Shown: one piece after another, positions 43,511-43,972 of the stretch
Layout: every line of letters starts with the position of its first letter
Position numbering within the stretch: the first letter of the stretch is position 1
Assembly: GCA_002348905.1 (NCBI GenBank)
Contig: DEBW01000068.1
Location: 8,395-52,366, forward strand
Direction: 5' to 3'
Length of the DNA: 43,972 bases
From: Ruminococcus flavefaciens
Lineage (GTDB): Bacteria > Bacillota > Clostridia > Oscillospirales > Ruminococcaceae
Position numbers and translations under genes: made by a program
Notes under the pieces: model-generated
The model's input: only the letters and a program-made list of their open reading frames with translations
The model's database searches: none
Told to the model about the DNA's origin: nothing

Positions 43511-43972
43511 CTATTTAAATAGTGTTTCTGCCTTGTCGATACGGTCAAAGCAGCAGTCAGCCTTGTTTTTTATGCTGTCCCAGTCGGCATCCGAGGCAGC
43601 GTCATAAAAGCCGGCAGTGACAAATCCGGCATTTTTCGCCGTTTCTATGCAGTGGAGAGAATCCTCAGCCACGAGAGTTTCCGCCGGAGATGTGCCAAGA
43701 CGCTCAGCTCCGCCGAGGAATATATCCGGAAATTTCTTTCCCTTAGGGTACTCCCTGTCGGTCAGGACGAATGCGAATCTGTCGTATATCCCACACCGTT
43801 TCAGTGCAGCTTCTGCAAGCTTCTTATATGTAGCCGTGGCAACTCCGTAAGGTATTCCCTTGCTGTCGAGAACGTCCAGAAGCTCGGTAACGCCGGCTTT
43901 CAGAGGTATATTCTCCTCATACTCGACACGCACAAGCTCCTCGATACGCTGCTTTACATCGTCAACAGTGCA
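43511..43972 (-). CDS. HAD-family hydrolase (5'-truncated by the window edge)
   Basis: Frame open to the window end; GVATAT, KKFPDIF, VAEDS motifs II-IV. Confidence 0.85.
   Translation of the reverse strand, partial: CTVDDVKQRIEELVRVEYEENIPLKAGVTELLDVLDSKGIPYGVATATYKKLAEAALKRCGIYDRFAFVLTDREYPKGKKFPDIFLGGAERLGTSPAETLVAEDSLHCIETAKNAGFVTAGFYDAASDADWDSIKNKADCCFDRIDKAETLFK

Noticed and set aside
1-43972. Impression that CCGG is frequent and GGCC/CCWGG scarce (restriction-modification signature)
   Set aside because: Not quantified; it needs observed/expected k-mer counts corrected for codon usage.

Overview
A 44-kb chromosomal core-genome segment, almost entirely minus-strand, from a Ruminococcaceae/Oscillospiraceae bacterium. 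A type-I dockerin and an SPKTG sortase signal suggest a Ruminococcus flavefaciens-like organism (inference). In transcription order (right to left): HAD hydrolase (partial), mnmA, tRNA methyltransferase, rsmI; PHP phosphatase, DUF218, small ORF, dockerin-bearing papain-like protease; oligosaccharide ABC transporter with a long structured leader; a complete spoIIIAA-AH operon with a SigE-type promoter; asp23-nusB-TsaD paralog-xseAB-ispA-dxs-tlyA-nadK-argR-recN-phosphatase-GH42-dtd-class B PBP; a divergent Thr-rich sortase-anchored protein; an orphan membrane gene; then T-box-alaS-HIT-PRTase-comEC-holA-rnmV-like-MBOAT-DHHW-SDR-membrane protein-TetM/EF-G-like GTPase (partial). I saw no mobile element or CRISPR array. 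The most unusual feature is a 115-nt tRNA-like element between the alanine T-box terminator and the alaS RBS. It has perfect acceptor, D and T arms, an encoded CCA, a Lys-type CUUUUAA loop and a ~37-nt hairpin+ACAGCAA insertion. Also notable are an MBOAT/DHHW pair in which both proteins lack their canonical catalytic motifs, and a ~235-nt structured 5' leader upstream of the sugar-binding lipoprotein. All calls come from reading the sequence by eye; no searches or folding computations were run.
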